Shown: piece after piece, positions 16,974 to 27,840 of the stretch | Position numbering within the stretch: the stretch's first letter is position 1 | Layout of the letters: every line of letters begins with the position of its first letter | From: Porticoccaceae bacterium | GTDB lineage: Bacteria; Pseudomonadota; Gammaproteobacteria; Pseudomonadales; Porticoccaceae | Direction of reading: 5' to 3' | NCBI GenBank assembly: GCA_026005035.1 | Contig: BPKH01000001.1 | Span: 269,610-333,609 of the forward strand | Length of the DNA: 64,000 nucleotides | The notes under the pieces: model-generated | Told to the model about the DNA's origin: nothing | Seen by the model: only the letters and a program-made list of their open reading frames with translations | Database searches by the model: none | Position numbers and translations under genes: made by a program

Positions 16974-17493
16974 TCACTGGGCCCGCTTCATCTCCACCCG
17001 CCGGTTGAGGGCGTAGGAGGCCTCGTCGCTGCCCAGCGCCGCGGGGCGCTCTTCCCCGTAGCTGACCACCTCGATCAGGGAGGGGTCGACCCCCTGGAGC
17101 ACCAGGTACTCCTTCACCGCGTTGGCCCGCCGCTCGCCCGAGCGCCATGTTGTACTCCCGCGTGCCCCGCTCGTCGGCGTGGCCCTCGAGGCGGATGCGC
17201 ACGGGGTTGGCGCGCAACCGCTGGGCGTGGATGTTGAGGGCGGCGCGGGCCTCCGGCTTGAGGGTCGCCTTGTCGAAGTCGAAGTAGAAGACGGTCGCCA
17301 CCCCGCCGGCGCCGAGATCCTCTCCCCAGGCTTCGGGGCCGCCGGCGGTGCCCGTGGTCACCCCCTCCTCGGCGCCGACCGCCCCGCCGGCCCCGGCGCC
17401 GGCCCCCTCCCGCTCGGCGGTGCTGGAACAGCCGGCCAAAAAGAGCGCGAGCAGGGCGAAGAAGAAACCGTTGCGAATCCAGTGGGCGTTCAT
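16974..17493 (-). pseudogene. pal: peptidoglycan-associated lipoprotein Pal; frame broken by a 1-nt insertion (plus CCC 17137..17139)
   Basis: MNAHWIRNGFFFALLALFLAGC (lipobox)...[26 protein letters not shown]...[18 protein letters not shown], then in the next frame [31 protein letters not shown]...[10 protein letters not shown]. 520 nt = 3n+1. Confidence 0.85.
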
Positions 17494-17531
17494 GGGCTGA
17501 CTCCGATGGTCGGTGTTGTGATCGCGGGCGC

Positions 17532-18812
17532 TCAGCGGAGAAACGGGGACCACGCCGGCTCGCGCACGTCGCCTTCCCGCGCCGGCAGATAGAACTTGAC
17601 GCCGGCGTCGATGGCCACCGCCGCCAGGACGCCTCTGCCTGCGCGCTTGGTGGCGTAGAGTACCATAGCCCCATTGGGAGAGACAGTGGGCGACTCGTCC
17701 AGGGCGGTGTCGGTGAGAATCCGGAAATCGCCGCTGATCAAGTCCTGGGAGGCGATGTGGAAGCGCCCGCCGGCGCGGTGCACCATCACCAGGGTGCGCC
17801 CGTCCGGGGCGAGCCGGGGGCGGGCGTTGTAGTCGCCGCGGAAGGTCAGGCGGGTCAGTTTGCCGCTGCCCAATTCCAGCCGATAGATCTGGGGGCTACC
17901 CCCGCGGTCCGAGGTGAATACCAGGGCGCGCCCGTCCGGGGTCCAGTTGGGCTCGGTGTCGATGGCGAAGTGGTGGGTGACCCGGGTGAAGGCCCCCGTG
18001 TTCAGGTCGAGGACGTAGATCTCGGGATTGCCGTCCTTGGACAGGACCAAGGCCAGCCGCCGCCCGTCCGGCGACCAGGCGGGGGCGCCGTTGAGTCCCG
18101 GGAAGTCCGTCAGCTGGCGGCGCTCGGCATCGGCCAGCCGCTGGCGAAAGATGGCCGGCCTGCCGGTCTCGAAGGAGACGTAGGCCAGCTCCTTGCCGTC
18201 CGGCGACCACGCCGGCGAGAGGAGCGGTTCGCTGGACTGGAGCATCAACCGCTCCCGGGCGCCGTCGGCGTCGGCCACCATCAGCCGGTAGAGGGGGCGG
18301 CCGTCCCCGCCCCGGGTGACGGTGACGTAGGCGATGCGGGTGGAGAAGGCCCCCCGCACACCGGTGATCACCTCGTACACCTGGTCGCTGATGTAGTGGG
18401 CGATGTCCCGCAGGCCCGCCTCGGTGCCATTGACCACCTGGCTGAGTACCACCCGCTCGCCGGCCACCTCGGCGAGGCCGAAGGTCACCCGCACCCGCCC
18501 CTCGCCGGTCCGCTCCCCACGGCCGAACACCAGGTACTGGGCGCCCAGGATGCGCCAGTCGCGGTAGTAGATCTCGTCCGCCGCGCGGGGGAAGGAGAGC
18601 ATGTTCTCCCGGGGAATGGGCCGAAAGAGGCCGGAGCGCTCCAGGTCGGCGGCCACGATGCCGGCGATGTCCTCGGGCCACAGGGTGTCCGGCGGATTGA
18701 TGGGCACCACCCCGATCACCGTGGGGTTGTCGACCCCGCTGGTGATCTCGATGGTCAGCTCGGCGCGCGCCCAGGCGGCGCCGAGGGCGAGCAACAAGAG
18801 CGCGATGCGCAT
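17532..18812 (-). CDS. tolB: Tol-Pal system beta-propeller protein TolB
   Basis: ATG 18812 follows GGAGAAGG, inside ORF 17532..18977. Signal [17 protein letters not shown]. Repeated ...SPAWSPDG...LAYVS / [14 protein letters not shown] / [13 protein letters not shown] blades. Confidence 0.9.
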   Translation of the reverse strand: MRIALLLLALGAAWARAELTIEITSGVDNPTVIGVVPINPPDTLWPEDIAGIVAADLERSGLFRPIPRENMLSFPRAADEIYYRDWRILGAQYLVFGRGERTGEGRVRVTFGLAEVAGERVVLSQVVNGTEAGLRDIAHYISDQVYEVITGVRGAFSTRIAYVTVTRGGDGRPLYRLMVADADGARERLMLQSSEPLLSPAWSPDGKELAYVSFETGRPAIFRQRLADAERRQLTDFPGLNGAPAWSPDGRRLALVLSKDGNPEIYVLDLNTGAFTRVTHHFAIDTEPNWTPDGRALVFTSDRGGSPQIYRLELGSGKLTRLTFRGDYNARPRLAPDGRTLVMVHRAGGRFHIASQDLISGDFRILTDTALDESPTVSPNGAMVLYATKRAGRGVLAAVAIDAGVKFYLPAREGDVREPAWSPFLR

Positions 18813-18828
18813 GGCCCTTCTCCTCTCT

Positions 18829-19650
18829 CTACTTGCGCAAGTCCAGCGGGCGAAACCGCAGGTAAACGGTGCGGAACTCCCGCTGGTAGACGGCCGGATC
18901 CAGTTCCTTGAGGCGGCTGAATTGCCCCACCTGCCACACCGCTCGCTCGGCGGACTGGTCGAAGGCGGCGTTGCCACTCGACTGGACCACCGCCACCGCG
19001 GTGACGCGACCGGCGGCTCCCAGCGTAATCTTCAGGACCACCTCCATGTCCCGAGTGGCGCTCGGCGGCCGACTCCAGTTGGCGGCGATCAGGCTTGCCA
19101 TGTAATCCACATAGGTGCCCACCAGGGCGGCCCTTTCCGCCTCCGCCCGCTGGGCCTCCTCCCGCGCCAGGGCCGCTTCGAGCTCCCGGCGGCGGGCCTC
19201 CTCCTCGGCACGACGGCGCTCCAGCTCCCGGCGGCGGGCCTCCTCCTCGGCACGACGGCGCTCGAGCTCCCGGCGGCGGGCCTCCTCCTCAGCGCGACGG
19301 CGCTCGAGCTCCCGGCGGCGGGCCTCCTCCTCGGCGCGCCGTCGCTCCAGCTCCCGGCGGCGGGCCTCCTCCTCGGCGCGACGGCGCTCCAGCTCGGGGG
19401 AGGGCGCCTGCGCCTGCGGCTTCGGCTCGCGCTTCGCCGCGGGGGGCGCGGGCGGCTGCGCCGGGGGTTCTCTCTGCAAGAGCTCCGCCTCCACGAACCG
19501 CGGCACGATCGCCTCCGGCGGGCGCTCCGCCGCGCCCCAGTGGCGAACGAGCAGGGCGAGGAGCAAGCCGTGGAGGAGGACGCTCGCGGCGAGCGCAATC
19601 AGATCGTCGCGCCATTCCCGAGCTGATGGCAAGCGGTCAGTCGCCCACAT
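18829..19650 (-). CDS. tolA: Tol-Pal system protein TolA
   Basis: TM anchor [19 protein letters not shown], charged helical domain II with 5 x [14 protein letters not shown], and a C-terminal TolA-III-like domain (..[16 protein letters not shown]...[10 protein letters not shown]..). Its start overlaps the tolR stop. Confidence 0.85.
   Translation of the reverse strand: MWATDRLPSAREWRDDLIALAASVLLHGLLLALLVRHWGAAERPPEAIVPRFVEAELLQREPPAQPPAPPAAKREPKPQAQAPSPELERRRAEEEARRRELERRRAEEEARRRELERRRAEEEARRRELERRRAEEEARRRELERRRAEEEARRRELEAALAREEAQRAEAERAALVGTYVDYMASLIAANWSRPPSATRDMEVVLKITLGAAGRVTAVAVVQSSGNAAFDQSAERAVWQVGQFSRLKELDPAVYQREFRTVYLRFRPLDLRK
19186..19395 (-). repeat. 5 tandem 42-bp (14-aa) in-frame repeats inside tolA
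   Basis: [14 protein letters not shown] x5 covers aa 86-155 and is followed by a partial ELE. Copies differ only at synonymous positions (CTG/CTC, CGC/CGA/CGT/CGG, GCC/GCT). Confidence 0.9.
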
Positions 19651-20074
19651 CGCCCGGCTCGGTGACGAGCCCCACGCGGGGCGCGCCGGCCGCCTGAAGC
19701 GCGGCCATCAGCTCCACCACCACGCCGTAGCGGGCCCCTTCGTCGCCCCACACCAGCACCTGCGTGTCGGGAACCTGGGCCAGCACCTTGGCCACCCGCT
19801 CGCGGATTTCCTCCAGGGTCGTGGCGTGGTACCCCCCCTGTCCCAGGTCGATCTGGTAGGTGCCGTCCGCCTTCACCGCCACGATCACCGGCTCCCGCTC
19901 CCGCGGTTCCACCGGTGCTGCCGGCGCGTCCGGGAGATCCACCTCCACCCCCTGCATGAGCAGGGGCGCGGTGACCATGAAGATCACCAGCAGCACCAGC
20001 ATCACGTCGATGTAGGGGACCACGTTGATCTCGGCCACCAGCCGGCGCCGCCCCGCCCCCTTGAACCCGGCCAT
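19637..20074 (-). CDS. tolR: Tol-Pal system protein TolR (ExbD/TolR family)
   Basis: ORF 19637..20074. AEINVVPYIDVMLVLLVIFMVTAPLL. Confidence 0.9.
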   Translation of the reverse strand: MAGFKGAGRRRLVAEINVVPYIDVMLVLLVIFMVTAPLLMQGVEVDLPDAPAAPVEPREREPVIVAVKADGTYQIDLGQGGYHATTLEEIRERVAKVLAQVPDTQVLVWGDEGARYGVVVELMAALQAAGAPRVGLVTEPGDVGD

Positions 20075-20083
20075 GGCGCTCCC

Positions 20084-20773
20084 CTAGCTTCCCGCGTGCA
20101 CCCGGCGGTGCAATAGGCTTGAGAATTCCTCGGCGAAGGTGGCGTAGCTGCCCTGGAGCTGATCGGCCTGGGCGGCGTAGCGGTTGTAGGCCACCACCGC
20201 CGGAATCGCGGCGAAGAGCCCCATGGCCGTGGCAATGAGCGCCTCGGCGATGCCGGGCGCCACCGTCGCCAGGGTGGCCTGCTGGACGTGGGCCAGCCCG
20301 CGGAAGGCCTGCATGATGCCCCAGACGGTGCCAAAGAGGCCCACGTAGGGACTCACCGAAGCCACCGTGGCGAGGAACGGCAGGTGGACGTTGAGCTTTT
20401 CCTCTTCCCGCGACAGGGCGATGCGCATGGCCCGCTCGGTCCCCTCCATCACTACGTCGGGATCGGCGTCCTTTTTGGCGAGCAAGCGGTTAAACTCGCG
20501 AAAACCTCTGCGAAAGATGTTTTCCAGTCCGTCCACGCGCTGGTTGTCCCGCGCCTTGGCAGCGATCTCCTGATAGAGCTGGTGGAGATCGACTCCGGAC
20601 CAAAAGGTGTCCTCGAAGGCCCTGAGCTCTTCGGCGGCGCGGCGCAGGTAGAGCCCCCGGCGGACGATCATCACCCAGGAGACCACCGAGGCCAGAAAGA
20701 GAATCAACATCACCAGCTGCACCGGCAGGGAAGCGCCGGCGATCAGTTCCCACAGGGACAGTTCTCGGGTCAC
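20084..20773 (-). CDS. tolQ: Tol-Pal system protein TolQ (MotA/ExbB family)
   Basis: GTG 20773 follows GGAGAGGAG, inside ORF 20084..21103. LSLWELIAGASLPVQLVMLILFLASVVSWVMIV..., PFLATVASVSPYVGLFGTVWGIM. Confidence 0.9.
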   Translation of the reverse strand: MTRELSLWELIAGASLPVQLVMLILFLASVVSWVMIVRRGLYLRRAAEELRAFEDTFWSGVDLHQLYQEIAAKARDNQRVDGLENIFRRGFREFNRLLAKKDADPDVVMEGTERAMRIALSREEEKLNVHLPFLATVASVSPYVGLFGTVWGIMQAFRGLAHVQQATLATVAPGIAEALIATAMGLFAAIPAVVAYNRYAAQADQLQGSYATFAEEFSSLLHRRVHAGS

Positions 20774-21216
20774 GAAACCTCTCCTCTCCCAGCAATTCCC
20801 CGGCCCCCGCTCGGGCGGCGGGCCAGGGCGCGCCTCACCTCGGCGGGGATGGCCACCGGGCGCAGGGTGTCGCGCCGCAAGCAGGCGAGCTCCACCGCCG
20901 CCTCGCACAGCCGCTCGCCGTCCCGGAGCACGGGTTGGTCGAGGCGCAGGCGCGCCCGGCCGAGGTCGACCACCGCCACGCCCACTTGTAGCAGGTCGTC
21001 GAGCCGCGCAGGGCGCAGGTAGCGGATTTCCAACGCCCGCACCACGAAAGCCAAGCGATCGGCAAAGAGCGCCGGGCGCGCGAAGCCGAGGGTGCGGAAC
21101 CACTCCGTGCGCGCCCGCTCCAGGTAGCGCAGGTAATTGGCGTAAAAGACGACGCCCGCGGCGTCGGTGTCCTCCACGTAGACACGCACCGGAAGCCAGA
21201 ATTCGGCGTGCGCCAC
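20770..21216 (-). CDS. ybgC: tol-pal-associated acyl-CoA thioesterase YbgC (4HBT family)
   Basis: ORF 20770..21216. VRVYVEDTDAAGVVFYANYLRYLERARTEWFR. Its stop overlaps the tolQ start (GTGA). Confidence 0.85.
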   Translation of the reverse strand: MAHAEFWLPVRVYVEDTDAAGVVFYANYLRYLERARTEWFRTLGFARPALFADRLAFVVRALEIRYLRPARLDDLLQVGVAVVDLGRARLRLDQPVLRDGERLCEAAVELACLRRDTLRPVAIPAEVRRALARRPSGGRGIAGRGEVS

Positions 21217-21226
21217 GCTCGGCTCC

Positions 21227-22270
21227 TCAACGGGTTTCGCCGAGGAGGGAGATCTGGGCCGCGCTTCCCGCAGGCGCGGGCAGGCCGAAATGTTCGTAGG
21301 CCTGCCGCGTGGCGATGCGCCCCCGCGCGGTGCGCACCAGAAAGCCCTGCTGAATCAAGTAGGGCTCCACCACCTCTTCCAGGGTGCCGCGCTCCTCGCC
21401 GAGGGCGGCGGCCAGGCTGTCGATCCCCACCGGACCGCCGTCGAACTGCTCGATGATCAGCGCGAGCAGCCGCCGGTCCAGCTCGTCCAGGCCCGCGCGA
21501 TCCACCTTCAAGAGGTCCAACGCCTCGGCGGCCACCGCCGCCGAGATCCGCCCGTCGCCGCGCACCTCGGCGTAGTCGCGCACCCGCCGCAGCAGCCGAT
21601 TGGCGATGCGCGGCGTGCCCCGGGCGCGGCGCGCCACCTCCCGCGCACCGCCCTCGTCGATGGCGCTGCCGAGGATCCGCGCCGAGCGCAGCACGATGTG
21701 GGCCAGCTCCGCCACCGAATAAAATTCCAGCCGCTGGACGATGCCGAAGCGATCCCGAAGCGGCGAGGTGAGCAGGCCCGCCCGGGTGGTGGCGCCCACC
21801 AGGGTGAAGGGCGGCAGGTCCAGCTTGATGGAGCGCGCCGCCGGTCCCTCGCCGATCAGGATGTCGAGCTGGAAGTCCTCCATGGCGGGGTAGAGGATCT
21901 CCTCCACCGCCGGGCTCAAGCGGTGGATCTCGTCGATGAACAGGACGTCGCCCCGCTCGAGATTGGTGAGAATGGCGGCGAGATCCCCGGCGCGCTCCAG
22001 GACCGGCCCCGAGGTGGCCTTGAGGGAGACGCCGAGCTCGTTGGCGATGATGTGGGCGAGGGTGGTCTTGCCCAGTCCGGGCGGGCCGAACACCAGGGTG
22101 TGGTCCAGGGGCTCGCCCCGGGCCCGGGCGGCGTGGATGAAAATCTGCAGCTGCTCCCGGACCCCCTCCTGGCCCACGTAGTCGGCGAGGCGCAACGGCC
22201 GCACCGCGCGGTCGAACCGCTCTTCCTGGGCATCGGCCTCCGGGTGGACCAAGCGGTCGGTTTCGATCAC
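21227..22270 (-). CDS. ruvB: Holliday junction branch migration DNA helicase RuvB
   Basis: Walker [18 protein letters not shown]. The start GTG 22270 (VIETDRLV...) was chosen by similarity to the E. coli RuvB N-terminus. The ORF track gives TTG 22315. Confidence 0.9.
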   Translation of the reverse strand: MIETDRLVHPEADAQEERFDRAVRPLRLADYVGQEGVREQLQIFIHAARARGEPLDHTLVFGPPGLGKTTLAHIIANELGVSLKATSGPVLERAGDLAAILTNLERGDVLFIDEIHRLSPAVEEILYPAMEDFQLDILIGEGPAARSIKLDLPPFTLVGATTRAGLLTSPLRDRFGIVQRLEFYSVAELAHIVLRSARILGSAIDEGGAREVARRARGTPRIANRLLRRVRDYAEVRGDGRISAAVAAEALDLLKVDRAGLDELDRRLLALIIEQFDGGPVGIDSLAAALGEERGTLEEVVEPYLIQQGFLVRTARGRIATRQAYEHFGLPAPAGSAAQISLLGETR

Positions 22271-22325
22271 GGACACCTCGCGGGGGTCCCGCAGCACGAG
22301 GCCATTGTAGAGCAAAAGGGGCCCC

Positions 22326-22919
22326 TCAGCGGACAGCGTTGCGCAGGGCGGCGCGGATCAGCGCCTCGCTGGAGGCTCCCTCCCCCAGCTCCCGGGCCGC
22401 CGCCGCCACCAGCCGGGCCGCCTCAGAGGGCTTGTAACCGAGCGCCACCAGCGCCGCTTGCGCCTCGCTGCGCAGATCGGCGGGGGCCGCCGGCGCCGGC
22501 GGGGGCGCCGCCCCCAGTTCCTCCAGGCGGTCGCGCAACTCCATCACCACCCGCTCGGCGGTCTTGCGCCCCACCCCGGGGGCGCGGGTCAACGCCGCCG
22601 CATCCCCCTCGGCGACGCAGCGCACGAAGTCGGCCACCGTGAGTCCGGACAGCAAGGCGAGAGCCATCTTGGGTCCGATCCCGCTCACCCGAATCAGGTG
22701 GCGAAAGAGGGTCCGTTCCTCCCGACTGACGAAGCCGTACAGCTGGTGCAGGTCCTCCCGCACCACCAGGTGGGTGTGGAGCGCCACCCGCTCGCCCACC
22801 GCCGGCAGAGCGAAAAAGGTGTTCAGCGAGACGAGCAGCTCATAGCCGACGCCCCCCACGTCCACCACCACTTCCGGCGCCTGGCGGTAGGCCAGGCGTC
22901 CTTCCAGCCGGCCGATCAC
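22326..22919 (-). CDS. ruvA: Holliday junction branch migration protein RuvA
   Basis: GTG 22919 lies inside ORF 22326..23498. [31 protein letters not shown]...[17 protein letters not shown]...[15 protein letters not shown]. Confidence 0.9.
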   Translation of the reverse strand: MIGRLEGRLAYRQAPEVVVDVGGVGYELLVSLNTFFALPAVGERVALHTHLVVREDLHQLYGFVSREERTLFRHLIRVSGIGPKMALALLSGLTVADFVRCVAEGDAAALTRAPGVGRKTAERVVMELRDRLEELGAAPPPAPAAPADLRSEAQAALVALGYKPSEAARLVAAAARELGEGASSEALIRAALRNAVR

Positions 22920-23449
22920 CGCCGCGCTCCCCCCGCGGAGCGGCGCGGGCGGCGGGCGGCGCGCGCCAAGGCCACAAGCGGCCCCTCCAGGCTGCGGGCG
23001 TGGCAGAGGGCCACCGCCAGGGCGTCGGCCGCATCCTCCGAGGGGGCGTCCGGCAGGCCGAGCAGGCGCACCACCATGTAGTTCACCTGATCCTTGGTGG
23101 CCGCCCCCGTCCCCACCACCGCGAGTTTGACGGTGCGCGGACTGTATTCCGCCACCGGCAGGCCCGCCTGCACCAGGCCGACGATGGCCGCGCCCCGCGC
23201 CTGCCCCAGTTTCAGCGCCGCCTTGGGATCGCGCGCGAAAAAGACCTCTTCCACGGCGGCCGCCTGGGGGCGGTACTGGGCCACCAGTTCGGCCACCTGA
23301 GCGGCGATCTGGCAGAGTCGCTCGGCCAGCGCCGCCCGGGGGAGTCGAATCACCCCCGAGGCGACGTAGTGCTGCCGGCCGCCTCGACTTTCCACCACCC
23401 CGAACCCCGTGCGCAGCGAGCCGGGATCGATGCCCAGAATGCGCGTCAT
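22916..23449 (-). CDS. ruvC: crossover junction endodeoxyribonuclease RuvC
   Basis: ATG 23449 lies inside ORF 22916..23578. MTRILGIDPGSLRTGFGVV...EDAADALAVALCHA. Overlaps the ruvA start by 4 nt. Confidence 0.9.
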   Translation of the reverse strand: MTRILGIDPGSLRTGFGVVESRGGRQHYVASGVIRLPRAALAERLCQIAAQVAELVAQYRPQAAAVEEVFFARDPKAALKLGQARGAAIVGLVQAGLPVAEYSPRTVKLAVVGTGAATKDQVNYMVVRLLGLPDAPSEDAADALAVALCHARSLEGPLVALARAARRPRRSAGGARR

Positions 23450-23531
23450 CGCCTCTTTCCGCCTCTTTCCGCCCCTTTCCGCGGGACCCGCCGGCCATTC
23501 TCGCCCATTCTCCGCCCGGCGCAAGGCGCCC

Positions 23532-24668
23532 TTAGAGCAGCACCAGGTTGTCGCGGTGGATGAGTTCTTCGTCGTCACAGTAGCCGAGGATCTCGGCGAT
23601 CCGCCGGGAGGGCTGGCCGAGGATTCGCCGCGCCTCGGCAGCGCTGAAGTTCACCAGGCCGCGCGCCACCTCCCGCCCCTCGCCGTCGACGCAGGCCACC
23701 AGATCGCCCCGGGAGAAGTCCCCCTCCACCGCCACCACGCCCACGGGCAACAGGCTCCTCCCCTCTTCCCGCAGGACGCGCACCGCCCCGGCGTCCAACA
23801 CCAGCCGGCCGCGCACCTGGAGCTGGCCGGCCAGCCACTGCTTGCGCGCCGCCAGGGGTTCGCTGGCCGCCTCCAGCAGGGTGCCCACCGGCTCGCCGGC
23901 GCGGATCCGCAACAAGACGTCGGGCTCCCGCCCGCCGGCGATGAGGGTGGCGGCCCCCGAACGGGCGGCGAGCCGCGCCGCCCGCAGCTTGGTGATCATG
24001 CCGCCCCGTCCCAGGGCGCCGCCGGCTCCGGCGAGGGCGTCCAGGGTCGGATCGCCCGCCCGCCCGAAGGTGACCAGCCGCGCGTCGGGGTGGCGGCGCG
24101 GGTCGCGGTCGAACAGGCCGGCCTGGTCGGTGAGGATGACGAGCAGCTCGGCGTCGATCAGATGGGCCACCAGCGCCGCCAGGGTGTCGTTGTCGCCGAA
24201 GCGGATCTCGTCGGTGACCACGGTGTCGTTCTCGTTCACCACCGGCACCACCCCGAGGCGGATGAGGGTCTGCAGGGTGCGGCGGGCGTTCAGGTAGCGG
24301 CGCCGGTTGGAGACGTCGTCGTGGTCGATGAGGATCTGGGCGGTGTGCCGGCCATGGCGCTGGAAGGCCGTCTCGTAGGCCTGGATGAGTCCCATCTGGC
24401 CCACCGCCGCGGCCGCCTGCAACTCGTGGAGCACCTCGGGGCGGCGCCGCCAGCCGAGCCGCACCACCCCCTCGGCGACGGCGCCGGAGGAGACCACCAC
24501 CAGTTCCATCCCCTGGTCGAGCAGCGCCGCCATCTGCGCCGCCCAGCCGGCGATGGCGGCGCGGTCGAGGCCGCGGCCGTCCGCGGTGAGGAGGGCGCTG
24601 CCGATCTTGACCACCCACCGCCGGGTGGCGGCCAAGCGGGCGCGCGCGCTCTGCTCGTCGCCGTTCAT
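23532..24668 (-). CDS. proB: glutamate 5-kinase
   Basis: ORF 23532..24668. [34 protein letters not shown], and a C-terminal PUA-like domain. Confidence 0.9.
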   Translation of the reverse strand: MNGDEQSARARLAATRRWVVKIGSALLTADGRGLDRAAIAGWAAQMAALLDQGMELVVVSSGAVAEGVVRLGWRRRPEVLHELQAAAAVGQMGLIQAYETAFQRHGRHTAQILIDHDDVSNRRRYLNARRTLQTLIRLGVVPVVNENDTVVTDEIRFGDNDTLAALVAHLIDAELLVILTDQAGLFDRDPRRHPDARLVTFGRAGDPTLDALAGAGGALGRGGMITKLRAARLAARSGAATLIAGGREPDVLLRIRAGEPVGTLLEAASEPLAARKQWLAGQLQVRGRLVLDAGAVRVLREEGRSLLPVGVVAVEGDFSRGDLVACVDGEGREVARGLVNFSAAEARRILGQPSRRIAEILGYCDDEELIHRDNLVLL

Positions 24669-24676
24669 CTCGCCCC

Positions 24677-25840
<1,164 letters not shown>

Positions 25841-25872
25841 TCACCTCCGCGGCGCTTTGGGGCGCCGCGCAC

Positions 25873-25897
25873 AAAAAAAGCCCCGCGGCGGGGGCTT
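25873..25897 (-). terminator. Rho-independent terminator/attenuator between rpmA and obg
   Basis: Minus strand AAGCCCC-cgccgc-GGGGCTT followed by a T run (plus-strand A7 at 25873..25879). Confidence 0.7.
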
Positions 25898-25917
25898 CCC
25901 GGAGCCGCGCCGGCTCC

Positions 25918-26175
25918 TCAGGCGGGCACCACCGCCACGTACTTGCGCTTCTTGGGCCCGCGGGTCAAAAAGCGCACCGTGCCGTCGGCCAGGGCGAACA
26001 GGGTGTGGTCGCGGCCGACGCCGACGTTCTCCCCGGGGTGGAAGCGCGTGCCGCGCTGCCGGACGAGGATGTGGCCGGCCTTGACCCGCTGGCCGCCGAA
26101 GCGCTTCACGCCGAGCCGTTTGCTTTCCGAATCGCGGCCGTTCTTGCTGCTGCCGCCCGCTTTCTTGTGTGCCAT
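25918..26175 (-). CDS. rpmA: 50S ribosomal protein L27
   Basis: [29 protein letters not shown]... Confidence 0.97.
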   Translation of the reverse strand: MAHKKAGGSSKNGRDSESKRLGVKRFGGQRVKAGHILVRQRGTRFHPGENVGVGRDHTLFALADGTVRFLTRGPKKRKYVAVVPA

Positions 26176-26206
26176 GTCCGAATCTCCTCCACTCGCCCCC
26201 GACGGG

Positions 26207-26518
26207 TCAGCCGGCGATGCCGGTGATGCGCACCTCGGTGAACCACTGCCGGTGCCCCTGGCGTTTCATGTGGTGCTTGCGGCGCCGGAACTTGATGATC
26301 CGGATCTTGTCGCCCCGGCCGTGGCGGACCACCTCGCCGATGACCTTGCAACCCGCCACGTAGGGGACGCCGACCCGCACCTGATCGCCCTCGCCCACGA
26401 GGAGCACCTGCTCGAACTCCACCGTGTCCCCGGGAGCGAGATCCAACTTCTCCAGGCGCACCACCGCGCCCTCTTCCACTCGGTGCTGTTTGCCGCCGCT
26501 GGCGATCACTGCGTACAT
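26207..26518 (-). CDS. rplU: 50S ribosomal protein L21
   Basis: [25 protein letters not shown]...[28 protein letters not shown]. Confidence 0.97.
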   Translation of the reverse strand: MYAVIASGGKQHRVEEGAVVRLEKLDLAPGDTVEFEQVLLVGEGDQVRVGVPYVAGCKVIGEVVRHGRGDKIRIIKFRRRKHHMKRQGHRQWFTEVRITGIAG

Positions 26519-26674
26519 GGTTCGCTCCCACCTTGCCAGGGAGCGCCGCGGGCCCGGACGAGCGGGCGCGGCACCCCGCTTCGAGGGCGCGGATTCTACG
26601 CCAGAGGCGCGGCGCGCGCAAGGCGCCCGAATGCCCAGCCGGCGCGCACCGCGCGGGACCGGGAGCGATTCGCC

Positions 26675-26703
26675 TTGACAGCCCTCCGCCCCCTCCCTAG
26701 CAT
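26675..26703 (+). promoter_or_regulatory. sigma70-type promoter of ispB
   Basis: TTGACA (26675..26680), 17 nt, TAGCAT (26698..26703), 30 nt before ATG 26734. Confidence 0.55.
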
Positions 26704-26733
26704 CCGCCGCAACCCGCCGGATTCCCCCTGCCC

Positions 26734-27693
26734 ATGCTTCCCTTCCACCAGGTGGTGCGCGACGATTTCGAGGCGGTCAACCGCCTGATCCTCGCCGAAC
26801 TGCGCTCCGACGAGCCGCTGGTGGAACAGATCGGCCACTACATCGTCGACGCCGGGGGCAAGCGGCTGAGGCCGCTGGTGGTGCTGCTCGCCGCCCGCGC
26901 CCTGGGCTATCGAGGCGACCGCCACGTCGCGCTGGCGGCGGTGATCGAGTTCATCCACACCGCCACCCTCCTGCACGACGACGTGGTGGACACCTCGCAG
27001 CGCCGCCGCGGGCGGCCCACGGCCAACGCCCGCTTCGGCAACGCCCCGAGCGTCTTGGTGGGCGACTTTCTCTACTCCCGCGCCTTTCAGCTGCTGGTGT
27101 CCCTCGGCGACCTGGAAATCATGCGCATCCTCGCCGACACCACCAACGCCATCGCCGAGGGAGAGGTGGCGCAGCTGGCGCGGGCCGGTTGCGAAACTCC
27201 CGAGGCCGACGACTACTTTCGGGTGATCGACAAGAAGACGGCGCGGCTCTTCCGCGCCGCCGCCGAGGCCGCCGCGGTGCTCGCGGGCAGCGACCACTGC
27301 CGGCAACCACTCGCCCGCTACGGCCACCACCTGGGCATGGTGTTCCAGCTGGTGGACGACCTCCTCGACTACGAAGGCGATGCCGCCGCCCTGGGCAAGA
27401 ACCTCGGCGACGACCTCGCCGAGGGGAAGGCCACCCTGCCCCTCATCCACGTCCTGGAGACGGGCACCGCCGACCAGGTGGAACTGGTCCGCGGCGCGCT
27501 GCGCAACCGCTCGGCGGAGTGCTTCGCCGAGGTGATGGCGGCCATTCGCGCCACCGGCGCCCTGGAGCGGACCCGGGCGGTGGCCCGGCACCATCTGGAG
27601 GCGGCCACGGCGGCCCTGGCGCCCCTTCCCGCGGGCCGCGAAAGAGAAGCCCTGCGCGCGGTGGCGGAGTTCGCGTTCAGCCGCGACCACTGA
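26734..27693 (+). CDS. ispB: octaprenyl diphosphate synthase
   Basis: [12 protein letters not shown], first DDxxD in [15 protein letters not shown], second in [10 protein letters not shown]. Confidence 0.9.
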   Translation: MLPFHQVVRDDFEAVNRLILAELRSDEPLVEQIGHYIVDAGGKRLRPLVVLLAARALGYRGDRHVALAAVIEFIHTATLLHDDVVDTSQRRRGRPTANARFGNAPSVLVGDFLYSRAFQLLVSLGDLEIMRILADTTNAIAEGEVAQLARAGCETPEADDYFRVIDKKTARLFRAAAEAAAVLAGSDHCRQPLARYGHHLGMVFQLVDDLLDYEGDAAALGKNLGDDLAEGKATLPLIHVLETGTADQVELVRGALRNRSAECFAEVMAAIRATGALERTRAVARHHLEAATAALAPLPAGREREALRAVAEFAFSRDH

Positions 27694-27840
27694 CCCCCAG
27701 CCATAAGGAACATTTATAAATCTAATGCCGCGCATCAGGAATAGAAATAACAAAAGGGGGGCCGTTGGCGATACATTCTGCCCCCTACCGGTCCCCGGCG
27801 CCGAACGCCGGCCGTCACCCCTCGAGGAGAGCGAACCACC

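Noticed and set aside
19178-19395. Regular 42-bp periodicity that could be mistaken for a CRISPR-like array
   Set aside because: The units are contiguous with no spacers. They are in frame and encode the TolA helical domain.
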